Source: a bacterium (GTDB lineage Bacteria > Electryoneota > Electryoneia > Electryoneales > Electryoneaceae). From it: a DNA stretch of 64,000 nucleotides. Both the position numbers and the translations under genes were made by a program. How positions within the stretch are numbered: the first letter of the stretch is position 1; each line of letters starts with the position of its first letter. Below are positions 28,094 to 38,433 of the stretch, one piece after another. A model generated the notes under the pieces. It made no database searches. It was given only the letters and a program-made list of their open reading frames with translations, and was not told the DNA's origin. The stretch covers positions 4,704,001-4,768,000 of the forward strand of contig OY769902.1 of assembly GCA_963669175.1 (NCBI GenBank). Direction: 5' to 3'.

Positions 28094-28588
28094 CTACGTC
28101 ACTGTCCAACCGGGGTTAAAAAACCAGTCACTTTCACGAATCCGGTTCACCTTGGCAATGATCACTTCTCCGGTAGCCGTATTAAACGCTACCTTACGTC
28201 CCCAGGTGCCGCCAGTATCTCGCCCCACAACAGGAATCGAATACTGCTGAAGCAATGCTTCCGCCTCACGAAGATTGCTGCGACCTATTTCCCGTAAGGA
28301 TTCATCTGCACCTTCGGGCGCTGCTCCGCCAAATATCTGCGCTTCAAGATGACCAGGTTCAAACCCGTGCTTGCGAAACATCCTTACGAGTTGAACAGTT
28401 GCCGGCTTTGCATAAAGAGCCGTTGGCGGAATACTCGCTTCCAGTTGCGAATGAACAAAATGATTCATTCCCCCAATCTGATTCTTCCTGTGATACAGGG
28501 TAATAGCGACACTGGACCCCAGGATCGACATTATCACAGAAGGATCCATGGAGAAAAAAATGTATCCAGGTTTTAACATGTACTGCAT
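28094..28588 (-). CDS. Second CheD-like protein, catalytic Cys replaced by Ser
   Basis: LKPG, SILGSSVA (GSC expected), GGMNHF, IFGGA, DTGG..GRKV. Confidence 0.82.
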   Translation of the reverse strand: MQYMLKPGYIFFSMDPSVIMSILGSSVAITLYHRKNQIGGMNHFVHSQLEASIPPTALYAKPATVQLVRMFRKHGFEPGHLEAQIFGGAAPEGADESLREIGRSNLREAEALLQQYSIPVVGRDTGGTWGRKVAFNTATGEVIIAKVNRIRESDWFFNPGWTVT

Positions 28589-28627
28589 CGTTACTGTCCC
28601 TGATCAGGTACCGAAATCCTGAAGCGC

Positions 28628-29131
28628 CTATAATGCGTCGGCAATCTGATCATATTCCTCGTCAAACAGCAGCTTGCGGACATCGAGCAGGATTTTCACA
28701 TCATCATTCATCTTGCCCAATCCCTGAACATACCTGCTACCTGCTCCCATGCTGGCTCGTGGCGGAGGTTCAATATCCTTTTCACCAATATCCAACACTT
28801 CTGAAACCGAATCTACAATCAGACCAACCGTCATCTGGCTGAGATTCACGACGATAATACAAGTGCGTTCGTCATACTCACGTTCTTTTATACCAAAACG
28901 CAACCGTACATCGATCACGGGAATTACCTTGCCACGCAGATTGATTACCCCTTTGACAAAATGGGGAACATCCGGCAGATCCGTGATGTTCTGAATACCG
29001 TTGATCTCCTGAACGAACCTGATCTCGATGCCGTATTCCTCTTTCCCGACGACAAAGGTCAGATACTTATCCTTTTGAGTATCTTCGGCATCACCGTTTT
29101 CTGTTACCATTCCTTCTAATTCATCAGACAT
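28628..29131 (-). CDS. cheW: CheW coupling protein
   Basis: YLTF, EYGI, GVINLRGKVIPV, GLIVDSVSEV. Confidence 0.95.
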   Translation of the reverse strand: MSDELEGMVTENGDAEDTQKDKYLTFVVGKEEYGIEIRFVQEINGIQNITDLPDVPHFVKGVINLRGKVIPVIDVRLRFGIKEREYDERTCIIVVNLSQMTVGLIVDSVSEVLDIGEKDIEPPPRASMGAGSRYVQGLGKMNDDVKILLDVRKLLFDEEYDQIADAL

Positions 29132-29160
29132 TTTCTTCCTCCCGGTTACTGCAAGGCCGA

Positions 29161-31593
29161 CTACATATCCGCAAATTCATGTTGAACATTACGGATTAAC
29201 CCTTCAATATCAATAATAAGGCTTATCGTACCATCCCCCAATATGGTACAGCCTGAAATGTTGTTAAGGCGGGTCAGTCGCGTGATATAATCGGACAGCC
29301 CCTTAATAACAATCTGCTGTTGCCCGATCATCTCGTCCACCAACAGGCAGACTCTGTCGTTGTTGTTCTCTACAACGATCAAGATGCCATCTTCAAGTGC
29401 ATCACTGTCCGCAGGCATGCCAAATAAAGGCCCCAACCTGATTACAGGCAATAATTCATTGCGAATCTTTACGATTTCGCTGCCATCCGGCGTATACGTA
29501 ACATCCTTCAAATGAGGTTGCAATGATTCCTTGATCGTTACCAGCGGTATGGTGTATTTCGCTTTTCCTACCCGCACAATCATACCATCAATAATCGCCA
29601 GGGTTAATGGAATTCGCAGGATAACCGTTGTCCCAACACCCGTCTCGCTGTTCACATCGACTCGACCACGAATCGCTTCAATATTCCTGCGGACAACATC
29701 CATCCCGACACCACGACCGGAGATATCGGTTACTTTCTCCGCTGTAGAGAAACCAGGATGAAAAATGAACGCCCAGACCTCTTCGTCGCGCAGCTCACTC
29801 CCGTCATCCGGGATCAGACCACGATCCTGCGCCCTGGATAGAATCTTCTCTCTATTTAAACCTTTACCATCATCCTTGATCAGAATCCAGACTTCACCGC
29901 CAACGTATTTCGCTTCAAGAACAACAGTGCCAGTTTCTACTTTACCGGCTTTCTTTCGTTCAGCAGGAGTTTCAAGCCCATGATCAATCGAATTCCTGAT
30001 CACATGCACCAGTGGATCAGCGATCTGCTCAATAACCGTCTTGTCAACTTCAGTTTCTTCGCCGATAATATCCAGGGTTACCTTCTTCCCGGATTTCTTC
30101 GATAAATCCCGTACCAGGCGAAGCATCCTGCGAAACACACCGGCAAGCGGAATCATTCGCATGGATGTGGAAATATCCTGAAGATCCCTGGTGATTTTTT
30201 CAAGTTGACGTGCGGATTTTTCAAACTGTTCCAAGGGAATATCAAGCGCCTGAATGTCCGGACTCTGCCCAACCATCGCCTCTGTTATTACCAGCTCACC
30301 AACCAGGTCCAGTAACTGGTCAAGCTTTTCGACATCAACACGCACTGTCTGATGTTGTTGCGCAACAGGCACTTTCTTCGAAGCCACGCTTTCCGGCTCT
30401 TTCTTCCCTTTAATGCTTTGTATCTGTTCCTGTACTTCCCGGATTGAATTAGCCGACGTATCGACTGCCGGTTCAGGTTCTTCATCTACCGGTTCTTCTT
30501 TCACCTTGGGTGCGGTTTCTTTCTTTGGAGCCGGCTTGCTTTCTTCTTTCACCGGTTCTTTGGAAGGTTCTGCAACAGGCGCCGCTGGCGCTGGCTTGGA
30601 AGATTTTGGTGTTTCAATATCCTCAAAAGATAGTTCAGGATTCTGTTCTTTCACCAGCATCTTCATATAGTTGACCAGGCCGGGCGCTGCGTGAATTGTG
30701 CCAGCACCACCAGTTGCAACATTGTTCAGAGCGCTACGCAAAATATCAATCATTTCCAACAGCATCGTCAGAATCTTATCAATAGGTTCCAACTTGCCTT
30801 CACGAATGAAATCCAATACCGTTTCAGCATAATGACCGATCTTGACCAGGTCGGGATAGCCGAGGAAAGCAGCGTTCCCTTTAAAACTATGATAAGCTCT
30901 GAATGCAGTATCTACCGTGTCACGGTTGCCAGGGTCTCCTTCAAGCGCCAGCAACGCTTCTTCGCCGGTCTCGAGCAGTTCCTGCGCCTCTGCAACAAAA
31001 GCCTCGACCATTTCCGGCGTAATTGTCAACTTGAGCGCGTCATCGATTTCCGGTTCTTCATTTGAGCTTGTTTCTTCTACTGTAACTTCATCCGGCGACT
31101 CTACCTGGGATGGTTCCGGATTCGCAACTTCTGCTGTTTTCGATTCTGTTTTTGCCTGCCCCATCCCCTCAATGGCTTCGTTCAATTGTTTGATCAGCTC
31201 CTCCGCCTCGCTGTCGTGGCCCTTGTCATGCAACTCTTCTTCAATCTGCGCAAGAAGAGTTCTGATGAAGTCGCAGGTCTTGGTTAACAGATCGATATGA
31301 TCTGTTTGCAACCTGGCACGACCTTTACGGATATGATCAAGGAGGGTCTCTGCAACGTGGGTTACACCATTTACAGTATTCAGGTCGAGAAAACCAGCGC
31401 CACCTTTGAGTGAGTGGAAAAGGCGAAACACTGTGTTGACAACCTCAAGATCGAGCTCACCGGAATTCATCGCATATTCTTCTAATTCAATTAGAAGAGG
31501 TTCGACTTCATCCAGCATTTCTACGCCTTCTTCGACAAAGCCCAGCAGGATTTCCCGCTGTTCATCACCGCCAAACCCCAGCTCGGTCACCAC
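29161..31593 (-). CDS. cheA: CheA histidine kinase with two Hpt domains
   Basis: FRLFHSLKG and FRAYHSFKG, VGELVI, RNSIDHG, DDGKG, GFSTA..SGRGVGMDVV, C-terminal CheW domain. Confidence 0.95.
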   Translation of the reverse strand: MVTELGFGGDEQREILLGFVEEGVEMLDEVEPLLIELEEYAMNSGELDLEVVNTVFRLFHSLKGGAGFLDLNTVNGVTHVAETLLDHIRKGRARLQTDHIDLLTKTCDFIRTLLAQIEEELHDKGHDSEAEELIKQLNEAIEGMGQAKTESKTAEVANPEPSQVESPDEVTVEETSSNEEPEIDDALKLTITPEMVEAFVAEAQELLETGEEALLALEGDPGNRDTVDTAFRAYHSFKGNAAFLGYPDLVKIGHYAETVLDFIREGKLEPIDKILTMLLEMIDILRSALNNVATGGAGTIHAAPGLVNYMKMLVKEQNPELSFEDIETPKSSKPAPAAPVAEPSKEPVKEESKPAPKKETAPKVKEEPVDEEPEPAVDTSANSIREVQEQIQSIKGKKEPESVASKKVPVAQQHQTVRVDVEKLDQLLDLVGELVITEAMVGQSPDIQALDIPLEQFEKSARQLEKITRDLQDISTSMRMIPLAGVFRRMLRLVRDLSKKSGKKVTLDIIGEETEVDKTVIEQIADPLVHVIRNSIDHGLETPAERKKAGKVETGTVVLEAKYVGGEVWILIKDDGKGLNREKILSRAQDRGLIPDDGSELRDEEVWAFIFHPGFSTAEKVTDISGRGVGMDVVRRNIEAIRGRVDVNSETGVGTTVILRIPLTLAIIDGMIVRVGKAKYTIPLVTIKESLQPHLKDVTYTPDGSEIVKIRNELLPVIRLGPLFGMPADSDALEDGILIVVENNNDRVCLLVDEMIGQQQIVIKGLSDYITRLTRLNNISGCTILGDGTISLIIDIEGLIRNVQHEFADM

Positions 31594-31900
31594 AGGCTTA
31601 CCTCCTCGCCTAACCCGTACACGATTACCAATTTAACGAACTAATGGGAGTGAAAAAAATTATAACTCCACCATAAAACCCTTGTCAGAGATACTTACCA
31701 CCTCTCACTGCCCTGCCCCTGACAAGCACTGATATGGGGAAAAACTACTATTCAGATTCAACAAGTTTTCCCTGAGAACAGATTACAATTCTACCTCTCC
31801 ATAGAGTTGCATTATTTTCTATTAAATTTCACCAGACATTTTAAATACTGGTTTAACATTATACAAAATTTCTTCTCAAAAATCTCTATTCAATCCAAAA

Positions 31901-33022
31901 TTACAAGGTCTCTCCGGCGCCCACATATACCATAAATCCAAAATCTCTCGAATACCCCACATCAAAGCGAAATACCAGCTCCGGCGGGAAGACAACTCGC
32001 AACCCGGTGCCATACCCAAGCCTGGTGCGTTGCCATCCGATTGCAGGATCACCTACGGCTCCAATATCATGGAAGCCAACAACTTCCAGATCAAAGCGAT
32101 CTGCCGGCGTGGGAAATCCAGACCAGATAGAATGAACCAGGTCTATTGGCCAGGAAACATTTTGAAACATCACCCAATGGAGTTGTAAACGACCAGCAAG
32201 CTGACGTCTTCCCCAATCTCGTTGATCCGCCTGGCCACGTAGTGTCGATTCTCCGCCAAGAAACAGTTGAACCGGCTCGGGCGACTCGAGCTGAAATCCG
32301 GACTGAACCCGACCGTATACTCGAAAATGCGATAGAAACGGCGTAACACCGGCTAGACTGAGATCGCCATGAATATCGGTTCGTGCCCGGTCCAATTGTT
32401 CTCCATAGGCCGTTCCGAAATACAGACCGCCTTTCAGAATCCATCCTTTCACAGGACGTAGAGAACTGGTCGTGATATAGCGGGTCTGGAAACCACCCAG
32501 CGCATAACCGCCCTGGCCGAAACGCCCCGGCAACACAGGCAGAGGATCATCTTCCGGCGAACGTACATCATTTACCCAGGTATGGTTCATTTTAACTGCT
32601 GGACCAACCTGGAGCGCAGATTCTTCCCTGATCGGTTTCAGGTAAGCAAGGTTCAACAGCACTCGTCCCATATAGGCGCGTGCATATTCTTCCGGATCGC
32701 TGCCCTCGGTGTACAGTTTGCGCAAGACATATCGAAGCGCTATATCGCTGGTAAGAATACCATTTCCAAAGCCTTGTTCGCCATTAGTTTTCAGGACATA
32801 CCGGCCTGCAGTCGCATAATAGCCTGTCAGGTACAACGTGGAACCTTCACCACGTGAAAAACCTGACATTATCCCCATAACGACTTGTTCATCGGTGCTG
32901 TACCCAAGTACCGGCAATGCCAGCACACCAATATCGCCAGCCGCATTTCCCTGCACGGGAACGCTGCAAAACAGGCATACCGCGACCAGGAAAGCGCTGA
33001 TTAGACCAGTATTACGCTTCAT
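31901..33022 (-). CDS. Omp85/BamA-TamA-like outer-membrane beta-barrel protein
   Basis: Signal peptide, LPVLGYS, LGGESTLRG (VRG-like loop), GYGTGLR, FRFDVG, C-terminal GETL. Confidence 0.7.
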   Translation of the reverse strand: MKRNTGLISAFLVAVCLFCSVPVQGNAAGDIGVLALPVLGYSTDEQVVMGIMSGFSRGEGSTLYLTGYYATAGRYVLKTNGEQGFGNGILTSDIALRYVLRKLYTEGSDPEEYARAYMGRVLLNLAYLKPIREESALQVGPAVKMNHTWVNDVRSPEDDPLPVLPGRFGQGGYALGGFQTRYITTSSLRPVKGWILKGGLYFGTAYGEQLDRARTDIHGDLSLAGVTPFLSHFRVYGRVQSGFQLESPEPVQLFLGGESTLRGQADQRDWGRRQLAGRLQLHWVMFQNVSWPIDLVHSIWSGFPTPADRFDLEVVGFHDIGAVGDPAIGWQRTRLGYGTGLRVVFPPELVFRFDVGYSRDFGFMVYVGAGETL

Positions 33023-33064
33023 GAAAGGAAATATTTCCGGTTGTCTTCAAATCTGTTTTACAAA

Positions 33065-36000
33065 CTACTTGATGAAATGAACTTTACGCAGATCCTGATG
33101 ACCATGTCCATCTTCAATCCGCAGAAAATACATTCCCGATGGCCCCCTGGCTTCCCAGTTCAGGCGATGAAAACCAGCAGCCAGAGAACCAGGACGCAAA
33201 ACATCCACCCTTCGACCAAGAGCGTCAAAGATTGTCACGGTTACATTGCTGGTTTCAGGCAAACCAACCACGACAGACAGTACAGGGTTGAATGGATTGG
33301 GATAGACTGCCGCAATCTCAAACTTTTCCGGCACACCGGAGAAGGGTTTGTCTTCCACATCCAGGGGCGGGATCAGGGTGAACTCAAAAGGAGACACACA
33401 TTGTACAAAATGCTGCTCTGAAACTGCACCCACCCACCACATGACATCAAGATCGTAAACCCAATCAGGCAGGTAATTCAATGAATCAGGCAGGTTTACG
33501 ACAATAGAAGTATCTTCAAGTCCTGCATAAGTAATCAGGGTATCCGCAGCGTCATCACGCGAGACAAGCAGGAACAGGTTGTAGGTAACCTCATCACCCG
33601 GATCAGGATCAACTGAACGCTGCCACACCAGGTTTATTTCCCAGGGATCTGTCAGATGAATAATTGAATTGGGCGCAGGTTGATAAAGGATAAACTCACC
33701 TGGCTCCTCTTCCATTGATGTAAAGAACGACCAACTTTGCGTGGAAAGCACTTCGTTACCAGTCTGATCTTCCGCAATCACGCGCCACCAGTACTGCATA
33801 TCGTCATCGAGATAATTGACAGAATAGAAGGGCTGGCTACCTGCTTCTTCTCGAACGGGGCTGGTAAACTCGCTGTCTTCCGCCAACTCAAGCGTGTATT
33901 CGACCACATCATCAGGATCAGGATCAATACTTGGCGCCCAGACAAACATCATATCCAGTGAACCTGACACCGCGCTGTCAGAGGGCGCTATCAGGTTGAA
34001 CGCAGCGGGCGGAGTACTATAAGACACTGCGAAGAACCATCCGGCTTCCGGTGTTGCCCACAAGCTTCCGGCCTGTTCAGAATAAGCTCGAACACGCCAG
34101 TAGACAACATCGCCACTTTCAAATCCTTCACCGGTGAATGTGTAGGACGTATCTGTCAAGCCGGCGACCGAATCAGGATCAGTAAAGGTTGGATCACCGA
34201 TGCCGTAGTATAAAACATACGAGACCGGATCATTCTGAAACGCGCTGGCAGTCTGGCCCCACACCAGCGTTGGCAGTGTATCGCCAGATGCGAGCCCGGA
34301 ATCAGGAGATAGCAATGCAAATGGGACCAGGCCATCTGTTACGGTCAGCAGGAAAGAAAGCGTGTCTGTTGCCATACGAATATTGTCATGGCTATCAATC
34401 GCCTCGACTGTCCAGAATAATGTCTCATCTTCCGCGCTGTCGTAGGTATATGTCGCTCCCGACAACCCTGTGGTCACAGGATCGCCAAGATCATCTGCCT
34501 GGTTCGACACAAAAACGCTGTACCAGATCTCATCCAGGGGATCAGGATCCACCGAAGCATCCCAGGTCAACACCACCTGTGTATCATGCTGAACAAGATG
34601 ACCGGATGGGGAGAGAAGAGTAAATTCCGCGGGAGTTGATATAATTTCCAGTGCGACTTCAGCCTCTTCGCCACTGCCGAATGTGCCGTCACCAGCAGAA
34701 TAGGTCGGATCGCCATAGGACAGGTAATTGCCTGACTGACGATACACCCGGTAAATGATGTTGTTACCTACAGTAAAACCGGGCCTTCCGACGTCGGGAT
34801 TATTCTGCCAGGCAGCCACACGTCTCGGCCAGTTTTGTTCCATGGGCGCGACAACAGCCCCAACACAGGTTCCACCATCGTATATCCCGATTTCATCGCC
34901 AGCCGAAAGGAATTCTCCGTCGATTCGTACAGAATCAATGGTGATTTCATAAGCGATTCCACTCGGGGCCAATGGCGTAAAATAGTTGGTTCCGGGGCTG
35001 CTCCAGTTTGCTGGCGCCGGGCCAAGGGCCGGAGATTCGCCTTCCGTATAATAAGCCGTCACTGTGTACGAGTTATTTCCGTAATCCAGGAGCTGGTCAT
35101 CATATGTCGTCTCGGTTGTACTCCCGATCAGGGTCAGATTACGATACACACGGTATTCTTCCAGCGTGCCGCTTTGCCCCGATACAGCAGTCCAGCCTAC
35201 AGTTACTGCGCCTGTGACATTGTCCATGAAACAACTGATGTTGGTCGGCGCTTCAAGGTCAGGCGCATCATCCGAAAGCCCGGTGATTACCAGGCTGAAA
35301 AATTGTGGGCCATCTGAAATTGCACCTTCATGATTTATCCGGACACGGTATTCACCAGCAACCGGGTTTTCTATGACAATCTTTTCCACATTGTCGATAT
35401 CGTTGTCACCCACAGTCGCTGCGTCTTCCGGATTTTCCGGATCCAGCACATAAGGCAGGAAGATAGAATCCGCCTCAATTCCCTCTATAGACAAGTCCAG
35501 ATCATTCACCAGGATAACATTGTCAGGATCAAGGCTTGGCGGGAAAGGCACCGAACCTTCGGGGTCGGTCCATACCAGGGTCACGGTAATCGGTTCGTTT
35601 CCCTGAGAATAGTATGTAAACTCTCCATCGCCACCATTGACAATGAAGGATTCCTGAATGGTGTAAGCTATTGTTTCATCCTGTGCAATCAGGTCGGCTG
35701 CCTTCTCCGTATTCATCAATCCCCAGCCGAACATATAGTCCGGTCCATCATCAGGACCGCATTCGTCAGCCGTATGAATCAGGATGGCTTTCATTGTCGA
35801 TGCCAGCGGTTCAGTATCGTTGTGCAGCTCCTCGTACATGCCAATCAGCAGGTTCACAGACCCGGACAGGTTCGGTGTGGACATGGAAGTACCGCTTTTG
35901 GCTACGTAGTCCGCATCACCACTGGATGAAGAGGAGGTGAGTTGAATGCCGTTAGCGCAGATATCCGGTTTGATACGTCCGTCATCTGTCGGTCCCCAGC

Positions 36001-37009
36001 CAGAGAAATCCGCCATTACGACTCCGTCAGCATTCTGATACCCATTCGTCAGGTCGCCAACAGCGCCTACGGTAATAATATTCTTCGCGTTCCCGGTCCA
36101 GCCGATGCAGTCATACCCATCATCACCGCCATCGGGATCACGTGTGGTTGTGCTCAATGTCCAGCCGCCGTTATCCCACACATAGTGTTCGCCACCATCT
36201 CCCGGGCCTGTATCGTTTCTGTCATTTCCCGCTGATTTACAGATTACGTAGTTCGGCGCTTCGCAGACGATCTGGTCATAAATCCGCGCCTCGCTGCCAT
36301 AATAACCGAAACCGTAGTCCTCCGTCTGGGAGACACTGGGATCACCATACCAGTACCAGTCGTCGCCATCGAAATACCAGCCGGTTACCAGGCCGTACGA
36401 GTGGTTTGAGACCTGCAATCCTGCTGCCGCGGCGTCGGCCATCTCATCAGCATCATTGTTCCATTCATAGCAGGACAATTCCGCCTCGTAGCTCCCCCCC
36501 TTCGCATCATTACTGATGCCTGCCGCGATCATGGTCCCCGCCACATGAGTGGAGTGATCTGAATAGGAACCGGGATTATCTATCTGGGTTGCACGATTTT
36601 CGAATTCCTGGTGCGTAGTGCGTACTCCGCCGCCATCCCACACCGCAAGCTCGGAGCTGCTGGTTCCATCGCCGGTGAGATCGTACCCTGCATCGCCTCC
36701 GGGCCAGACATTATCCGTACTGATAGTTCGTGCGGCATTCAGGTTGTGCGTATGGAAATAACGTGGCATGCCGGATTCATCCACATACATCAGTTCGATA
36801 TCTGGAAGCAGATTCAATCGACCCGCAGGCCCGGTTGAAAGCGCCTTCAACTGCTGGTATACAGGGCCACGCAACCCTTGCAATCTCAAGCGATATTCAT
36901 CACTTAGCCTGTGCAGACGCTGTTGCTGCTGAAGCGTTTGACCAAAACTTGCACTGGAGAGTAAAAACAGGAATACGACTGCGAGCGCCGAGCGAATGGG
37001 ATATTTCAT
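33065..37009 (-). CDS. Secreted S8 peptidase with FN3-like repeats and T9SS-type C-terminal domain
   Basis: WDGG / HSTHVAGT / SGTSMS triad; GPTDDGRIKPD; repeated W..S.DPDP.D modules; YPNPFN tail. Confidence 0.9.
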   Translation of the reverse strand: MKYPIRSALAVVFLFLLSSASFGQTLQQQQRLHRLSDEYRLRLQGLRGPVYQQLKALSTGPAGRLNLLPDIELMYVDESGMPRYFHTHNLNAARTISTDNVWPGGDAGYDLTGDGTSSSELAVWDGGGVRTTHQEFENRATQIDNPGSYSDHSTHVAGTMIAAGISNDAKGGSYEAELSCYEWNNDADEMADAAAAGLQVSNHSYGLVTGWYFDGDDWYWYGDPSVSQTEDYGFGYYGSEARIYDQIVCEAPNYVICKSAGNDRNDTGPGDGGEHYVWDNGGWTLSTTTRDPDGGDDGYDCIGWTGNAKNIITVGAVGDLTNGYQNADGVVMADFSGWGPTDDGRIKPDICANGIQLTSSSSSGDADYVAKSGTSMSTPNLSGSVNLLIGMYEELHNDTEPLASTMKAILIHTADECGPDDGPDYMFGWGLMNTEKAADLIAQDETIAYTIQESFIVNGGDGEFTYYSQGNEPITVTLVWTDPEGSVPFPPSLDPDNVILVNDLDLSIEGIEADSIFLPYVLDPENPEDAATVGDNDIDNVEKIVIENPVAGEYRVRINHEGAISDGPQFFSLVITGLSDDAPDLEAPTNISCFMDNVTGAVTVGWTAVSGQSGTLEEYRVYRNLTLIGSTTETTYDDQLLDYGNNSYTVTAYYTEGESPALGPAPANWSSPGTNYFTPLAPSGIAYEITIDSVRIDGEFLSAGDEIGIYDGGTCVGAVVAPMEQNWPRRVAAWQNNPDVGRPGFTVGNNIIYRVYRQSGNYLSYGDPTYSAGDGTFGSGEEAEVALEIISTPAEFTLLSPSGHLVQHDTQVVLTWDASVDPDPLDEIWYSVFVSNQADDLGDPVTTGLSGATYTYDSAEDETLFWTVEAIDSHDNIRMATDTLSFLLTVTDGLVPFALLSPDSGLASGDTLPTLVWGQTASAFQNDPVSYVLYYGIGDPTFTDPDSVAGLTDTSYTFTGEGFESGDVVYWRVRAYSEQAGSLWATPEAGWFFAVSYSTPPAAFNLIAPSDSAVSGSLDMMFVWAPSIDPDPDDVVEYTLELAEDSEFTSPVREEAGSQPFYSVNYLDDDMQYWWRVIAEDQTGNEVLSTQSWSFFTSMEEEPGEFILYQPAPNSIIHLTDPWEINLVWQRSVDPDPGDEVTYNLFLLVSRDDAADTLITYAGLEDTSIVVNLPDSLNYLPDWVYDLDVMWWVGAVSEQHFVQCVSPFEFTLIPPLDVEDKPFSGVPEKFEIAAVYPNPFNPVLSVVVGLPETSNVTVTIFDALGRRVDVLRPGSLAAGFHRLNWEARGPSGMYFLRIEDGHGHQDLRKVHFIK

Positions 37010-37322
37010 GGCATCACCTTCTGTTGCATCACAAGTTTAGTAATGTAGCTTAAAACACTACACTTATACAATGGTCAGCAAGCATTGGGTGCAAAATGGC
37101 AGCAATACAGGGGAATCGGGTGACCGCTTTCACGGCCACCCGTTGGATTTGTGTGAATAGTATATGACCCTGATCAAGCAAACCAGTGGATAAATTCACG
37201 TGATCGATCAACTGGCTCTTGTGAACATGATACAATCCCTATAACATCATCACTTTCTTTGCCTTTTCTACTTTTTATCCCATTTTCTTAGCTTTTTTAC
37301 CTTCTTTACCTTTTTCACCTTC

Positions 37323-37563
37323 CTACTTCACCATAACCATCCGCTTCATCTCGGTGAATGAACCTGCCTCGATCCGGTAGAAATACATCCCGCTGGCAAG
37401 TTGACTGGCATCGAATGTCACACTATGCGTACCCGCCTGCATCGGACGATCCACCAGCTTAGCCACTTCCTGCCCCATGATGTTGTACACCGACAGTTTC
37501 ACCGTCTCCGGACGCACCAGGTCAAAGCTCAGAGTCGTGGTTGGGTTGAACGGGTTGGGGTAG
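37323..37563 (-). pseudogene. Orphan T9SS-type C-terminal domain fragment
   Basis: HYPNPFNPTT...YNIMGQEV...SGMYFYRI...KRMVMVK with no upstream body or signal peptide. Confidence 0.75.
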
Positions 37564-37642
37564 TGTTTGAAGCAAGGCAAAAAAGAGAAGGGTAAAAATT
37601 TCAGAAAATCCAGGGGATGATGGTGACTATTTTCAACAAAAG

Positions 37643-38332
37643 CTAATACAATATGTTACAAGGACAAAAACTACCGTCTGTCCCTAGTTTCTCTAGATTA
37701 TTCTCATCGCCCAGATCAGGTGCCTGATCTGCACTCAGAATTCCTGATTGACAGTTATAAATCTCGCAATCTCGGACATCAAATGTGTTATGATGCGGCT
37801 GGTGCCCGATTTCGATGGCAGCCGTCGCGCTGCTGTGGAATACACAGGTATCAACTGAGATATCTGCATAGCCGCCAGCATGCAGCATTCCCCAATCATC
37901 CTGTGCGACTGGATCTGTTGTCGCACCACCGCCATATTCAAATAGGCAATGGCTGAAAGTGCCAGTTGCGGTATCATCATTCGCAGCGGTATTTCCTATT
38001 CTTACCATTCCCCACGCACCTGCCGAAGGAGTTTCTTCATTGCTGGTGAAAGTAATCCAGTTTTCGCTATTACCGATTGCAGTTAATGTGGCAATGCTGT
38101 CAACGATAAGTGAGTTATCCTCAGCGAACTTGACAGTTGTGCCCGCTTGGATGGTTAAGGTTCCTGAAGTCAAATGCACTACGTCATTGGCGTTGTTGAT
38201 GATCCAGGTTCGGTTGTTACCCCAAGTCGCTGGGCCGCTGAAATCATTGCTAACCAAGCTGTCGGGTTGGGCGAACGCAATGGCATTGACCGTGAAGAGC
38301 ACGATCAACAGGAGGAAGGTTTTCCTCAACAT
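37643..38332 (-). pseudogene. Truncated secreted beta-helix protein (N-terminal part)
   Basis: AGGAG RBS, signal peptide, LTIQAGTTVKF..ITFTS..WG..HCLFEYGG; reads into the repeat arm at 37691 (EKLGTDGSF) and stops. Confidence 0.72.
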
Positions 38333-38433
38333 AATAAACTCCTATCTTCTTGTAGATCAACACTTCGGTGTTGATCGGTTTGGACACCGTGCGGGACTGG
38401 TTGGCGAACTGGGAACCGCGCGGTGTTTATTCG

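Noticed and set aside
37323-38332. Stop-codon readthrough or programmed frameshift joining the two fragments
   Set aside because: The junction is non-coding repeat sequence and most of the expected protein body is missing, which fits a deletion.
38355-38426. c-di-GMP-I riboswitch or integron attC site
   Set aside because: Lacks the GGCAAA/GACGCAAA core and the RYYYAAC...GTTRRRY ends; no integrase nearby.
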